A stretch of 64,000 nt of DNA. It comes from Chiloscyllium plagiosum. Taxonomy: Eukaryota. Location: contig NC_057718.1 of NCBI RefSeq assembly GCF_004010195.1, forward strand, positions 14,977,992-15,041,991. Reading direction: 5' to 3'. Under the pieces are notes generated by a model. That model did not search any database. It saw only the letters and a program-made list of their open reading frames with translations, and was not told the DNA's origin. Below are positions 26,990 to 39,174 of the stretch, in pieces (within the stretch, counting starts at the first letter, position 1; every line of letters begins with the position of its first letter). The position numbers were made by a program, and so were the translations under genes.

Positions 26990-27508
26990 TTCCCACTCCG
27001 CTCCAGGCTGCTGGCTATTCCCGCTCCGATCCAGGCCGCTGGCTATTCCCGCTCTGATCCAGACTGCTGGCTATTCCCGCTCTGATCCAGACTGCTGGCC
27101 ATTCCCGCTCCGCTCCAAGCTGCTGGCTATTCCCGCTCCGCTCCAGGCTGCTAGCTATTCCCGCTCCATTCCAGGCCCCTGGCTATTCCCGCTCCGATCC
27201 AGGCCGCTGGCCATTCCCGCTCCGCTCCAGGCTGCTGGCTATTCCCGCTCCGCTCCAAGCTGCTGGCTATTCCCGCTCTGTTCTGACCGCTGGCTATTCC
27301 CACTGCGATCCAGGCTGCTGACTATTCCTGCTCCATTCCAGGCCGCTGGCTATTCCCACTCTGCTCTGACCGCTGGCTATTCCCGCTCCGATCCAGGCCG
27401 CTGACCATCCTCGCTCCACTCCAGGCCGCTGGCTATTCCCGCCCCAGACCAGGCCACTGGCTATTCCCGCTCTGCTCAAGGCTGCTGGCTATTCCTGCCC
27501 CGCTCTGG
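26990..27508. repeat. 28-bp GC-rich minisatellite, ~18 copies
   Basis: Unit TTCCCGCTCCG[A/C]TCCAGGC[C/T]GCTGGCTA repeated in tandem. Confidence 0.97.
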
Positions 27509-27793
27509 AAACCCATCTGATTTACCCAATGTCTTCAGGAGTTGAAAATCTGCAATCCTGACCAGATCTAATCCACACGTGACTCTCAGTCTACAATTTG
27601 ACTCTCATCTACATTCTGAAATGACCCAGCAAGTAATTCAATCCAACTCGTTCAGGTAAATAAAATCAGCAATAAATAAATGCTGCTCTTACAGCAATGT
27701 GCACATCCCAAGAACCATACACTGATGAAGCACGGACGACATCATTGTGTGCTAGTTCCAAAGCTAGACCATCTCTATGCATATAACCGCCAT

Positions 27794-27919
27794 ATTTTGA
27801 AATACTTTTACTTATTCCAAGTTAGTTTATCCAGTACCCTCTGTAAATAGAGTACAATTTTGAAATACTTTTACTTATTCCAAGTTAGTTTATCCAGTAC
27901 CCTCTGTAAATAGAGTACA
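27794..27919. repeat. Perfect 2 x 63-bp tandem duplication
   Basis: ATTTTGAAATACTTTTACTTATTCC...GTAAATAGAGTACA at 27794 and 27857. Confidence 0.95.
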
Positions 27920-28581
27920 AACCAAACCCAGAATGGTTTGCTTTACAAATCCTAAAATGAAAACAAGGCCCATCAAATTTCCAACGAGAAGCTGATTCAT
28001 GGCACATGAAGGTTAAATTCCAGATTGAGCCAAGTATCTTTAAACCATATGCTCAGGCCAGATCAGTGCCGCACTTAATACTAAATGACAAGCTTAAGTA
28101 ATACAAACCCGACATAACAGCTGCGTTACTTTTTGTAGACAATGTCAAAGAAACCATGATAACCAGAGCATATTCTCAGCAGACAAAATCATTGGCATCA
28201 GACGACAAGCCAGAGGAAAGGTTAAGCCTCATCTTCCCTTCCCTCCTAGTTCCCATTTTTGGTACATTTCAAGGACATAGTGATTTGAGTGACAATTGTT
28301 TAATAACATCCTGAATGGAGCGAGATTACTGCCATCTCATCACCTTTTCATTACTTTTCTTCTCCTCCTTTACAAGTCAGATGCAGACGAGACGGTTAAT
28401 TATCCCTTCTATTTGCAAACTGCAGTTTCAATCTAATTAAATCTATGGCACTGTAACATTGTAAAATGCACGAGGCTGTCCTGCTGCAGGAAATGTAGAC
28501 ATTTTGTGCTTAAATCTGATGCAATATGCCAAATGTTTAGGAAACATTTTGTTTTGCAATGGCTCAATACGCTGTTCTTAT

Positions 28582-28801
28582 TCAACCTTCGAGGAAAGAT
28601 TGGATGTGATCACCATCTTGGCCGGGTTTTGGTGGGTTCGTAGGTGCCTGCTGAAGAACAGCTCTGTGACCTGGAGGCTCTAACACCGGTGACGGAGATT
28701 TGGCTGTGTTGATAGCTTGGATATCCCCTCCTTGTACTTTTATCTTAATTTCTGATACGTGTTCGCTTTTAAAGGAAGCCTGATCTTCCTCATAGCAAAA
28801 G
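28582..28801 (-). other. Candidate coding exon of an unidentified host gene
   Basis: Unique sequence with retained CpGs; open frame FCYEEDQASFKSEHVSEIKIKVQGG...KSPSPVLEPP...PPKPGQDGDHIQSFLEG*; only a weak acceptor (AAACGTAG); no protein recognised. Confidence 0.3.
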
Positions 28802-29344
28802 CTACGTTTGTTAAATACATACATAGCATGTAGATACTTAGCAAGCTAATGAGAATATAAAACCCCCCAAAAGATATTGTTGCCTCCCATCACAGAGTCA
28901 ATCCCTCCACCTGATGCCACTCTCCATTCTCAGAGAGAAATATTTCAAACTGTTCACACAGGAACTTGATTTAAGTCTGTATACGGTATCAGGGTTATGG
29001 AGAAGGGTTGGTTTTCACTCACTTCTTTCTGATCCGTCTAATTATTCAGCCAATATCACATATATATCCATCCCCACCATTCCCCAAAATTCCCACTCCA
29101 GTCCCGCTGCACCTTACTTTTCCAATCTTTCTACATCCACCCCAGGCGCAGTGGCAAGCCTATTGACTTCCACCGGATCGGTCTCATCTCATCTTCCCAA
29201 CTGGTGCTGCTGTCTAGCACAAAGTGAAGACCCTTTGCTGTGAAGGAGAGTTGTCACAAGACCAGCGGCATTCAATGGGAGCCCGAAGATGAGATTACTC
29301 CTTGATCCAAGCAGCAGCATCAGGTAAATTGCACACCTGGGACC

Positions 29345-30330
29345 AGTTTTATTTTATTCATTCGTGGGATATGGGCGTCACTGACTTTGGCCAGCGGTTA
29401 CATTCCGTCCCTAGTTGCCTTTGAGAAGGTGGTGATGATCTGTCTTCTTGAACCGCTGCAGTTCACGGTGTTGCCATTAGGAAAGGAATTCCAGGATTTT
29501 GACCCAATGATAGTGAAGGGCTGATGATACATTTCCAAGTCAGGATGATGAGTGGCTGGACAGGTATCTGCAGGTGATGGTGTTACCAGGTATCTGCTGC
29601 CCTTGTCCTTCTAGATGGAAATGTTTGTAGGTTTGGACCGTGAAGCCTAAGGAACTTTTTGAATTTCCATCATCCATGTTGCAGTTGGTACACACTGCTG
29701 CTACTGAGCATTGGTGGTGATGGAGTAGATAACCAAGTGAATGTCATGCTAACCAAGTGGGCTTTGTCCTGGATGGTGTCAAATATCCTGAGCGTTGTTG
29801 GAGCTTTCTTGAAAATTTTATTTATTTATTCATGGGATGAGGGTGTCGCTGACCAAGCCAGCATTTATTGCGCATCTGTAATTGCCCAGCGGGCAGTTCA
29901 GAGTCAACCACATTGCTGTGGTTCTGGAATCATATGTAACACCACTGAATGTCAAGGGGTGATGGTTAGATTGTCTCATATTGGAGATGGTCATTGCCTG
30001 GCATTTGCATGGCACAAGGGTTAGATTCCCTCGTGTTACTTGCCACTTTTCAGCCCAAGCCTGGATATTGTTTAGATCTTGTTGTATTTGAACAACGTCT
30101 GCTTCAGTACATGAGGCGTTTAGAGTGGTGCTAAACATCCCCATTTCTGAACTTTTGATGGAGGGAAGGTCACTAATGAAGCAACTGAAGATGACTGAGC
30201 TTAGGACACTACCCTGAGGAACTCCTGCAGAGTTGTTCTGGAGCTAAGATGACTGACCTCCAACAACCACAACCCCCATCTTCCTATGTGTCAAGTATGA
30301 CTCCAACTGGTGGACAGTATTCCCATTGAT
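29345..30330 (-). mobile_element. Second CR1-related LINE family fragments with nested family-B tail
   Basis: QIQQDLNNIQAWAEKWQVT...KCQAMTISN. Confidence 0.78.
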
Positions 30331-30354
30331 TCCAGTTTTTATAGTTTAATAGTA

Positions 30355-31600
30355 ATACATGTAGGAGAAGGCCATTTGGCCCATCAAGCCGACTCTGCCA
30401 TTCATTAAGATTATAGTTGATCTATCCATTGTCTCAGCTCCTCCTACCTTCATTATCTCCCTAACCCTTAATTCCCCTACCATGCAAACACCCATCCAAC
30501 TGCGCCTTGAATATATTTAATGAAATGGCCTTTACCGCTTCCTTGGGCAGAGATTCCCATAGACTCACTACTGTCTGGGAAAAGCAGCTCCTTCTCATCT
30601 CTGTCCTAAATCTACTCCCCCTAACCTTGAGGCCATGGCTCCCAGTCCTAGTCTCACCCACCAGTGGAAACAACTTGCCTGCCTCTATCTTATCTATCCC
30701 TTTCATAATTTTATACGTTTCTATAAGATCCTCTCTCATTGTTCTAAATTCTAGTGAGTACAGTCCCAGGCGGCTCATCGGGTAATTCCCTCATCTCCAG
30801 AATTAACCTCCTCTGCACTGCCTCCAAAGCCAGTATATCCTTCCTCAAGTTAGGTAGCACAGTGGCTCAGTAGGTAACCTTGCTGCCTCACAGCACCAGG
30901 GACCCGGATTCAATTCCAGCCTTGGCCGACTGCGTGGAGTTTGCACATTCTCCCTGTATCTGCGTGAGTTATGTCCAGTGCTCTGGTTCCTCTCACAGTC
31001 AAAAGATGTGCAGATTAAGTGAACTGGCTATGCTAAATTGCCCATAGTGTTCAGGGATGTTTAGGTTAGATGCACTAGTCAGGGGGAATGTCGAGTAATA
31101 GGGCAGAGGAATATGTCTGGATGGGTTCCTCTTTGGAGGATCGGTGTGGAACTGTTTCCACACTGTGAGGATTCTATGATAAGGAGACCAGAACTGTGCA
31201 CAATATTCCAGGTGCGGCCTCACCAACTCCTTGTACAGTTGCAGCAGAACCTTTCTGCTCTTAATTTCTATCCCTCGAGCAACGAAAGCCAATATTCTGT
31301 TTGCCTTCCTGAGTACCTGTTGCACCTGCAAATCAACTTTTAGCGATTCATGGAAGAGCACTCCTAAGTCTCTCTGCACAACAGCATGCTGCAATCTTTC
31401 ACCATTTAAATAATACTCTGACCTAGTATTTTTACTTCCAAAGTGGATAATCTCACATTTACCACATTGTACTTCATCTGTCAGAGTTTTGCCCACTCAC
31501 TTGATGTATCTAAATCTCTCTGCAGACCCTCCACATCCTCTGCACAGTTTGCCTTTCCACTCAATTTAGTGTCATCAGCAAATTTAGACACATTAAACTC
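30355..31600 (-). mobile_element. CR1 LINE 3' part interrupted by an HE1 SINE
   Basis: KCEIIHFGSKN...LVRPHLEYCAQFWSP; RLGLYSLEFR...DLIETYKIMKG. Confidence 0.9.
30853..31179 (+). mobile_element. HE1-type SINE
   Basis: Head and V-domain; splits CR1 ORF2 at the WSPY motif. Confidence 0.88.
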
Positions 31601-33404
31601 ATTGCTAGGGGTCCTTGTTGCCAAACTCGAGTGAATGCAGCTAAGACTACAAGAAGGGCTGTCACTCTACCCTCACTTCTGGAATTCAACTCTTTCGTCC
31701 ATATTTGAACCAGGTCTGTCATGAGGTCAGGAGCTGACCTGGTGGAACGCAATCTGGAGTCACTGAGCAGGTTATTGCTGAGCAGGTGCTGCTTGATAAC
31801 ACTGCTGATGTGACAGAGTCAAAGGATAGATTGCGAAAATGCCCCTATCCAAGATCATGACAGCTCGTTCAGTTGCCACCTCAACAGATTAAAAACAGGG
31901 GAATTGCCTGTGTGCCTAACACATGAGAAAGAACAGAGAGAGAGCATGAGAGATGAAGAGTGAGAGAGGTGGACAGAGACGACAAAAGGACATGCAGATA
32001 GGAGTAGATGTGTGAAGATGGAGGTGAGGGACGAACAGCAAGATGGACATAAAAACAGAATTCATGATGAGCAGATATGGATAACAAAGTACAGTGCGAG
32101 AAATATACAGCACAAATGGAAGGATGAAAAATATTGCAATTATATTGTATATTACCAACCTTAAGATGCCCAAATTACTTTACAATCAATCAAGATTTTT
32201 TTTAAAAAAGTAGTCAGTTTTAATGTAGGAAGGCAAACTAACAAAGAAAGCAGAAAGCAAGCAGAGATAAATTTACAAGAAGAGTTTCTTTTTAAATTTT
32301 GACCACGGGGTAAAATATTAAAGATCAACTCAAACACCAACATTGTTTACAAGTAGTTATTTAATAGTTCAGAGAAATTAAATATAATATCTGGGTTTAT
32401 TCATTAAACTAATACTTCAAAGTAGTGTGATACCAATAGGTTTGTTCATTGGTAAAGAAACAAGTTACTGACTCCCGAGGTGATCAATGCCGGGGAGTAA
32501 ATCACTAGATCAGACAAAGTCGACTTGTTAATAATGCTGGCTCAGGACATCTGAGATCCTTCAGCTTCTTGGTAGATATGTGCTCAAATGCCAAATCAGA
32601 GAAGAGCACTACCTCAAAACCAGACAATTACAAAGACTGTCAAATGTTTGCTTCCACACTTAGGAGAAACAAATCTCCTATAATAGTTCCAGCTTAGCTT
32701 GCATCATGAGTCAATGCATAGAATAACCTCAGGATATTGGCAAACCAACAGTAATAAATATATTTGACATGTACATTGTTGTGTTTATTCAAAAAAGTCT
32801 ATAACACCACACACAGACACACAAAATGCACAATGTGAAGGAAGTTCATCAATGATGGTGGGTTTTTTTTACAATATCGCCACTAGCAAAAATAAAACAT
32901 TGCCAGAAGGAGAGGGGAAACTACTCTGAACTGACAGTTCACGATAACAAATCGAGAAAAATTAGCATCATGAAAAATAAAAATGGATTTGTTAATTCTA
33001 AACAGGTGGTCAGTTCACAAATTCAGAGTATCAGTTGGAGATTGCATTAAGACAGCAAGGATTTGCAACCTAGAAGGTGATTCTTGCAGTCTTGGAGCCA
33101 GATATTTACAGACATTGAAGAGATTTCAGCATGTTATGACAGAGGTCTGGTTCTCTATATTGTGCACACTTCATGAACAAGTGTAGCACAGCTCCAATGC
33201 AAACTGGGTCCATCCAGTAGAAATTTAACCTTCACATTATTTCCAAGGTAGATCAAGAGGAAAAGGACACTCTAATGTCTCTTCAGTACTAAGTCAACTA
33301 CATCAAAGCAAATGCTATTGATCAACCATCATCATTATTCGCATCAACTCAATTTATGCAAGTCTCTTGATATCTGGAACTGGATGTGAGAAGATCAGAT
33401 ATGA

Positions 33405-34080
33405 AAAATAACTACAGATACTGGAATCCAAGGTAGACAAGCAGGAGGCTGGAAGAACACAGCAAGCCGGGGGGGGTGGAGAAGTTGCTATTTTTGATAT
33501 AGTCTTTCTTCAGGGTTGGGGGTGAGTGTAAGGGGAGCTGAAGATAAAGGATGGGGGGTATGTGGTGAGGTAGGGGTAGATGAACACAGGTAGAAGGTAC
33601 AGCCTGGTTGGTCGGTGGGAGGAATGAATCTGGTTGGTAGCTGGAAGAAAAGGTTGATCAAAGGAATGGAAGGGTGGGGGAGGTGTTGGCAAGGCAGTCA
33701 GGGGATGGGAAGGGAGGTCATTTGATACTGGAGAACTCAATGTTGAGTCCTCTGGGCTGTAGACAGAAGATGAGGCGTTGTTCCTCCAATTTGCGGTCTG
33801 ATTTGCTGTGGCAATGGAGGAGGCTGAGATGGTCATGTCAGAAAGGGAGTGCGGGGTGAATTAAAATGGGCGGTGACTGGGAGGTCAGGTCAGCCCCTGC
33901 AGGCCCAGCTGAGATGCTCAGCAAAATGTGCCAAGTTTATGTTTGGTCTCACCGATGTAAAGAAGACCACATCGGGAGCACCAAATGCAGTAAACTCAGT
34001 TGAAGGAGAGACAGGTGAACCTCTGTCTCAGCTGGAAGGATTGTTTGTGGTCCTGGATGGAAGTGAGGGGGGTGGTGTGC
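33405..34080 (-). mobile_element. Older Penelope-like element fragment (GIY-YIG region and terminus)
   Basis: Minus strand reads VYCIWCSRCGLLYIGETK-like and KLEEQRLIF-like remnants. Confidence 0.78.
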
Positions 34081-37000
34081 AATGAATCACCAAAACATCA
34101 CTATCAAAGTCTCTTATGACTTGTCCATTTAATACTTCAGGGTATGAAAATCAGGGAGTTTGCCTGTGGGCCAGACATGAGAAAAATTCATGGAAGTAAA
34201 GAGCAAGAGATATGAAGAATGAAAGAAGTGGACAGAGAGATTAAAGAGACACTCAGAAAAGAATCCAGTCTCCACTTGCACACTGCCTTCCTTGAATCTA
34301 TGGGGGCAACAAACACCCAGATCCAAAATAACACAAAGGGCTCACAAGGTTTTGAGCACTTTCACTTGCCGATTGGCTAAAAGGAACAGGGAAATGTTAG
34401 TACATGTCATTGTGCTGAGAAGGCATCATGTAAATATAGAGGGCAACCAAGCTCAGGTTCTTAATGTGAGCAAACTAAGCTGGGCCATGGCCAATTTGGC
34501 ATAGCATTCTTTATACACAATGATAATTATACCAATATTATAATATAATGATACCAATATTATACACAGTGTGCTAGACCTGCACAACATGTGGAGGCAC
34601 AGTTAAAATTCACAGCATCTAGAGTTAAGGTCATGTCTTACCATGACTTTGGCAAAAACACACTTTGGAGGTCTCACACACTTAACAGCAGCTATATACT
34701 TTCAAACAAATTTAGTCAAAATGAAGGTCGAGAACCAGATTAAAAAATAACTTTGTACAGTCATAATAGAGTTCATAGGCTACATTAAATGAAATAAAAT
34801 GAAAAGAGCAATGTGACAAATGACCAACAAATTTGCACTCTATTGATACAATAGGCCAAGATGCAATATTACCTCCACAAGGAAACTTTGCAATTTAGTG
34901 TGACATGTTTACATAGCTAATTTCTATAATAAACATGAAAGTAATGGAAAAGTTGACGGGATGTTTTGCAGAAATAGGATATTGACACACACACACTAAC
35001 GACCTTATTTGTTATTTTCACCTCCCTCACACAAACACACCAACATCTAATACTCACTGATGGCATCACAAATATCTCCTGTGAACCTGTGGGAGAATGT
35101 TTGCGAAAGCCCAACTGACATCTGTGTGTTGTGATGTCATTGCGATGTTTAACATTAAATGGAGAATAAAAATGTGAACTGGAAAAAAAAGTACTACGAG
35201 TGTAAAATTCACTCTGAAGGCAGCCACCCACCAGTGTGTTCAAGTAAATTCTCTTCCTGTCTCAGGAGCTGCCCAAGGAATGAGTAGATGTTCTTGGATG
35301 TTACTGTACACTGAAGATGTGAGTATGATATAACATTACATCCCACTACATCATTCTAAACATAATTCTAATTGTTTAAAAGATGAAAGAGAGTGTGCCT
35401 TCCCAGAGAAATATAACAGTGAACAATTTGAATTCCAGACATTATTCTTTGAATCAGTATTCTTTATAGCTACCGACTTTATAAGGATTTCTGTTGTCTG
35501 CCAGTGTTCATTACTCAGACATCCATCAGCATAGTTGAACAATTGAGAACTCAATACATGATATTTAATGACTTTCCCAATCATGTAAGAGGGCAGTTCA
35601 TATAAATGAGCTCCAAAAACCTGTGCACAGATTGGTTTGAGGTCAAACTGTGGAATTCCCAACTATGCAGTTAAAACAGAATTGATAAATTACCACAGAT
35701 CACTGGCCAATTGAGCTGCCACGGGCTCAGCTGGTTTCACAGGATCTGCCTTCCACCATCTTCTAGAGACAAGTTAGAAGAGTCAGGATCCTTGCAATTA
35801 TTCCACATGTTGCTCAGCAGAATGACACCAATTCCATTCATGTTTCTGTGCCACATAGAAACAAAGGAACTGCACACGCAGTCTGCGGCAGCACACTCAC
35901 CCTATGACTATGTTCTGGACTACAGAGTAAGTGGGTCCATCTGAAAAACCCACCTAAGGCTATGGCAGCTGTTTTGTAAAAGAAATACAAAAGGAATGCA
36001 TTAAGAAGGAAAACAAAATCACCGATTTTCAGCGACATCCACGAATCCCGCTCCCCCTTACCCACAGCTGTTGATATTTTCCATTTACAGATAATTCCCT
36101 CTTGAATTGAACCAGCCTCTGCCACACTCTCAGCCAGTACATTCCGCATCCTAACCACTCACTGCCTGAACAGGTTTCTCGTGACACCCATTGCTTCTTT
36201 CCCACTTGAATCTGTACCCACTCGAATCTGTACCCACTCATTCTCGATCCTTGCACTAATGTGTGGACCTCTCATGATTCTAAATACCTCTAAAAAAATC
36301 AACTCTTAACCTACTCTTTTCCAAAGAGAGCAGTCCCAACTTCTTCAATCTACCTTACAGAAGTTCATCATCCCTCAAATTATCCTTGTAATTCTTTTCT
36401 GTATGCTGTCAAACACTTCATAACATTCCCAATGTGTGGTGTCCAAAACTGGAAACAGTTCTCCAACATTTTATACAAGTCAAACATAATTCCCTTGCTT
36501 TTGCTACACTCTGCCCTTGCTGATGAAGCCTAGAACACTGTATATTTTATTAAGTGCTCTCTTAATCTGTCCTGCTACCGACAATGACTCACAGACATAG
36601 ACATCCAGCTCCCAGTGCTCTTACAGTCTCCTTAGAATTGTGATTCCATCTTAATCCAATGTTATGATGCCTTTTTACATACTTGCTCCCCAAATGAATC
36701 ACTTCATACATCTCTGCAATGAATTTCACCTGCCATTTGTCTGTCAATTTTACCAATCTGCCCGTCCTTTTAAAGTTCTACACTATTCTCCACATAGTTC
36801 ACAAAAATTCAAAATTTTCCGATCATTAGCAACTGTGTTGAAACTGTGTTGAGCTGTGTCGGGGTCATTAATACATATCAGGAAGACCAGAGGTCCGAAC
36901 ACAGTTTCTGGGAAACTTCGCTACAAACCTTCCTATAGTTTCAAAAAATCCTATTAATCTACTCTATTCCTTGTCATTTTCATGGCTAATTTCATATCCA

Positions 37001-37455
37001 AATTGCTATTGTCCCTTTCATTCCATGAGCTCTATCTTTGCTCACAAGTATGTTGTACAGCACTTTATCAAATGCCTTTTGAAAATTCATGTGCACAACA
37101 TCAACAACATTATTCTCATCAATTCTCTGTTTAAAAAAAACTTGTATTAAACATGATTTGTCATTAACCATGCTGGAGTTGCTTAATTTTCCTGCATTTG
37201 CCCACATAACAATTAACTTTGTCCTAAATGTTTCTAAAAGTCTCCTCACACCAAACTTAAACTGACTGGTTTGTATTTGTTGCCTTTATATTATAGTCTG
37301 GTGAAAAAGGATACGACCTTTGCAAATCTCCAGTCAGTTAGTACTGAGTCTAAGGAAGATTATCCCAGTGTGTTCAGCTCTGCACCCTCACTTCCCCCAG
37401 TATCCTTGGATGCAATTCATCTGGTCCTGGTGCCATATCAACTTTAAGCACAGAT

Positions 37456-38072
37456 GTTGTGGTTCTGTTCGCCAAGCTGGGAATTTGTGTTGCAGACGTT
37501 TTGTCCCCTGTCGAGGTGACATCCTCAGCGCTTGGGAGCCTTCTGTGAAGTGTTTCTGTGATGTTTCCTCCGGCATTTATAGTGGTTTGTCTCTGCCATG
37601 CAAGGACTGCACAAAACACTACAGAGGACAAACAGGAAGACAGCTAATGATCCGTATCCATGAACACCAACAAGCCACGAAACGACACGACCAGCTATCC
37701 TTAGTAGCCACACACGCGGATGACAAGCAACCTGAGTTCGACTCGGACAACACTACTATTATAGGACAAGCCAAACAGAGAACAGCCAGGGAATTCCTAG
37801 AGGTATGGCACTCATCCACAGATTCTATCAACAAACACATCGACCTGGACCCAATATACCAGCCACTGCAGCAGACAGCTGGAACTGACAACTGGAAGCG
37901 GCAGGGACAAACCACTATAAATGCCGGAGGAAACAACACAGAAGCGCTTCACAGGAGGCTCCCAAGCACTGAGGATGTCACCTAGACAGGGGACGAAACG
38001 TCTGCAACACAAATTCCCAGCTCGGCGAGCAGAACCACAACAACGAGCACCCGAGCTACAAATCTTCTCTCA
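37456..38072 (+). mobile_element. Penelope-like element (distinct family): inverted 5' pLTR, GIY-YIG C-terminal part, 3' pLTR, 16-bp TSD
   Basis: PCKDCTKHYRGQTGRQLMIRIHEHQ...REFLEVWHS; ~142-bp inverted repeat 37456-37597 / 37900-38041; AACTTTAAGCACAGAT at 37440-37455 and 38073-38088. Confidence 0.93.
37966..38005 (+). ncRNA. Minimal type I hammerhead ribozyme in PLE terminal repeat
   Basis: gca CTGAGGA t gtcacct agac aggggac GAAA cg TC tgc: intact core, stem II, GUC cleavage triplet, GCA/UGC stem I. Confidence 0.85.
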
Positions 38073-39037
38073 AACTTTAAGCACAGATATCCAATTCACT
38101 ATCGATGATTTCAATTTTATAAACTCTTACAATGTGTGAACTACCTTCTCTTTCACCACACACTGGGCTGAACCTTTCTTTTGGTAAAAGGAAAATGGAA
38201 AGGATTAATTGAAAACCTCAGTCATGCCCCATGAGTAAACACACTTTTTGATCCCTCATTGGTCCCACTCTTCCTCTTACTATTCTTGCACAACTGATAT
38301 ACTGAGAGAGGACTTTTGAATTTCATTTTATGTTAGCTGCTAGTCTCACCCGACTATCACTTTGCATTGCTTATTTGCTTTTCCATTTGCTCTCTGATCC
38401 TTGTTAATTCAGCCTGATTCTTAAATTGCATGATCTGCCTGACATTTTAATCTCTATCTCTTTCACCGTCCGGGAAGCTCTGGATTCTTTTGGTTTCTGT
38501 TGTCCTTTGTGGACAAAGACCTTGATTGTGTTCAGACCAACCCTTCAAACTTTAATCGAATTGCAACCATTGTGTTCCCCTGAAAATTGTTAACGAGATA
38601 AATAACAAGATAAATTCAGCAGTTTTATCCAAAAACAATGACTTGATTTAGTTTTAACTCATGAACTGCTCACTGGCATTATTTACAACATTGACTGAAG
38701 AAACATATTCACACTGAGAATAACTCCTCTTCAACAGAAAACTGCAAACTGGCAGCAGATGAGTACCTTACCTCCAATCCAATTTACATTGTCCTACAAT
38801 GTATCTTTTCACAGTGTGACACCTTTACCCAGAAACACCTCAGACTACCATTTGTCTATATCCATCAACTGCATTTAAAGTTAGAACACTCACAATGTAT
38901 CAAGCAAACACACAATCAACAAATTGCAGCATCAGGATCACTAATGCACAGGATCAATTTATGAAGCACAGCCCACGCCAATTAAGTTTTATTTCAATCC
39001 TCATGCCAGTTAAATTGAAAACAGGAAAAAAACTTAC

Positions 39038-39174
39038 CTGACCGAAGAGGTGAAGGAGACTTAAACCAGGAGGCAGCTGGGATACGCTGGGAATTTCCTC
39101 TTTGATATAAAATTGTAGCATGGCTGTAAGTTGCCCAAGGCCTCCTTTCATTTCTTCGCTCATCTCTTTGATAT
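39038..39174 (-). other. Candidate exon (137 nt) or regulatory island
   Basis: Acceptor TTCATTCCTTCCCAG, perfect donor CAG|GTAAGT, two open frames; also two CTCTTTGATAT (TCF/LEF-like) sites. Confidence 0.3.

Larger units (their letters stand above)
36025..38560 (-). mobile_element. Ancient, decayed CR1 ORF2 hosting the PLE at 37456-38072
   Basis: DVVHMNFQKAFDKV; LKVDMAPGPDELHPRILGEV. Confidence 0.75.

Noticed and set aside
26990..27508. 28-bp repeat array as a CRISPR array
   Set aside because: Units are directly adjacent with no unique spacers, no cas genes are present, and the context is vertebrate
28139..28220. Plus-strand mini-exon reading IFSADKIIGIRRQARGK, reminiscent of a chromodomain start
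   Set aside because: Weak donor, no following YLVKW-type exon found, similarity too short
37320..37985. 221-aa ORF as an intact nuclease gene
   Set aside because: Chimera of antisense CR1, inverted pLTR and a 5'-truncated GIY-YIG lacking its first motif and the RT
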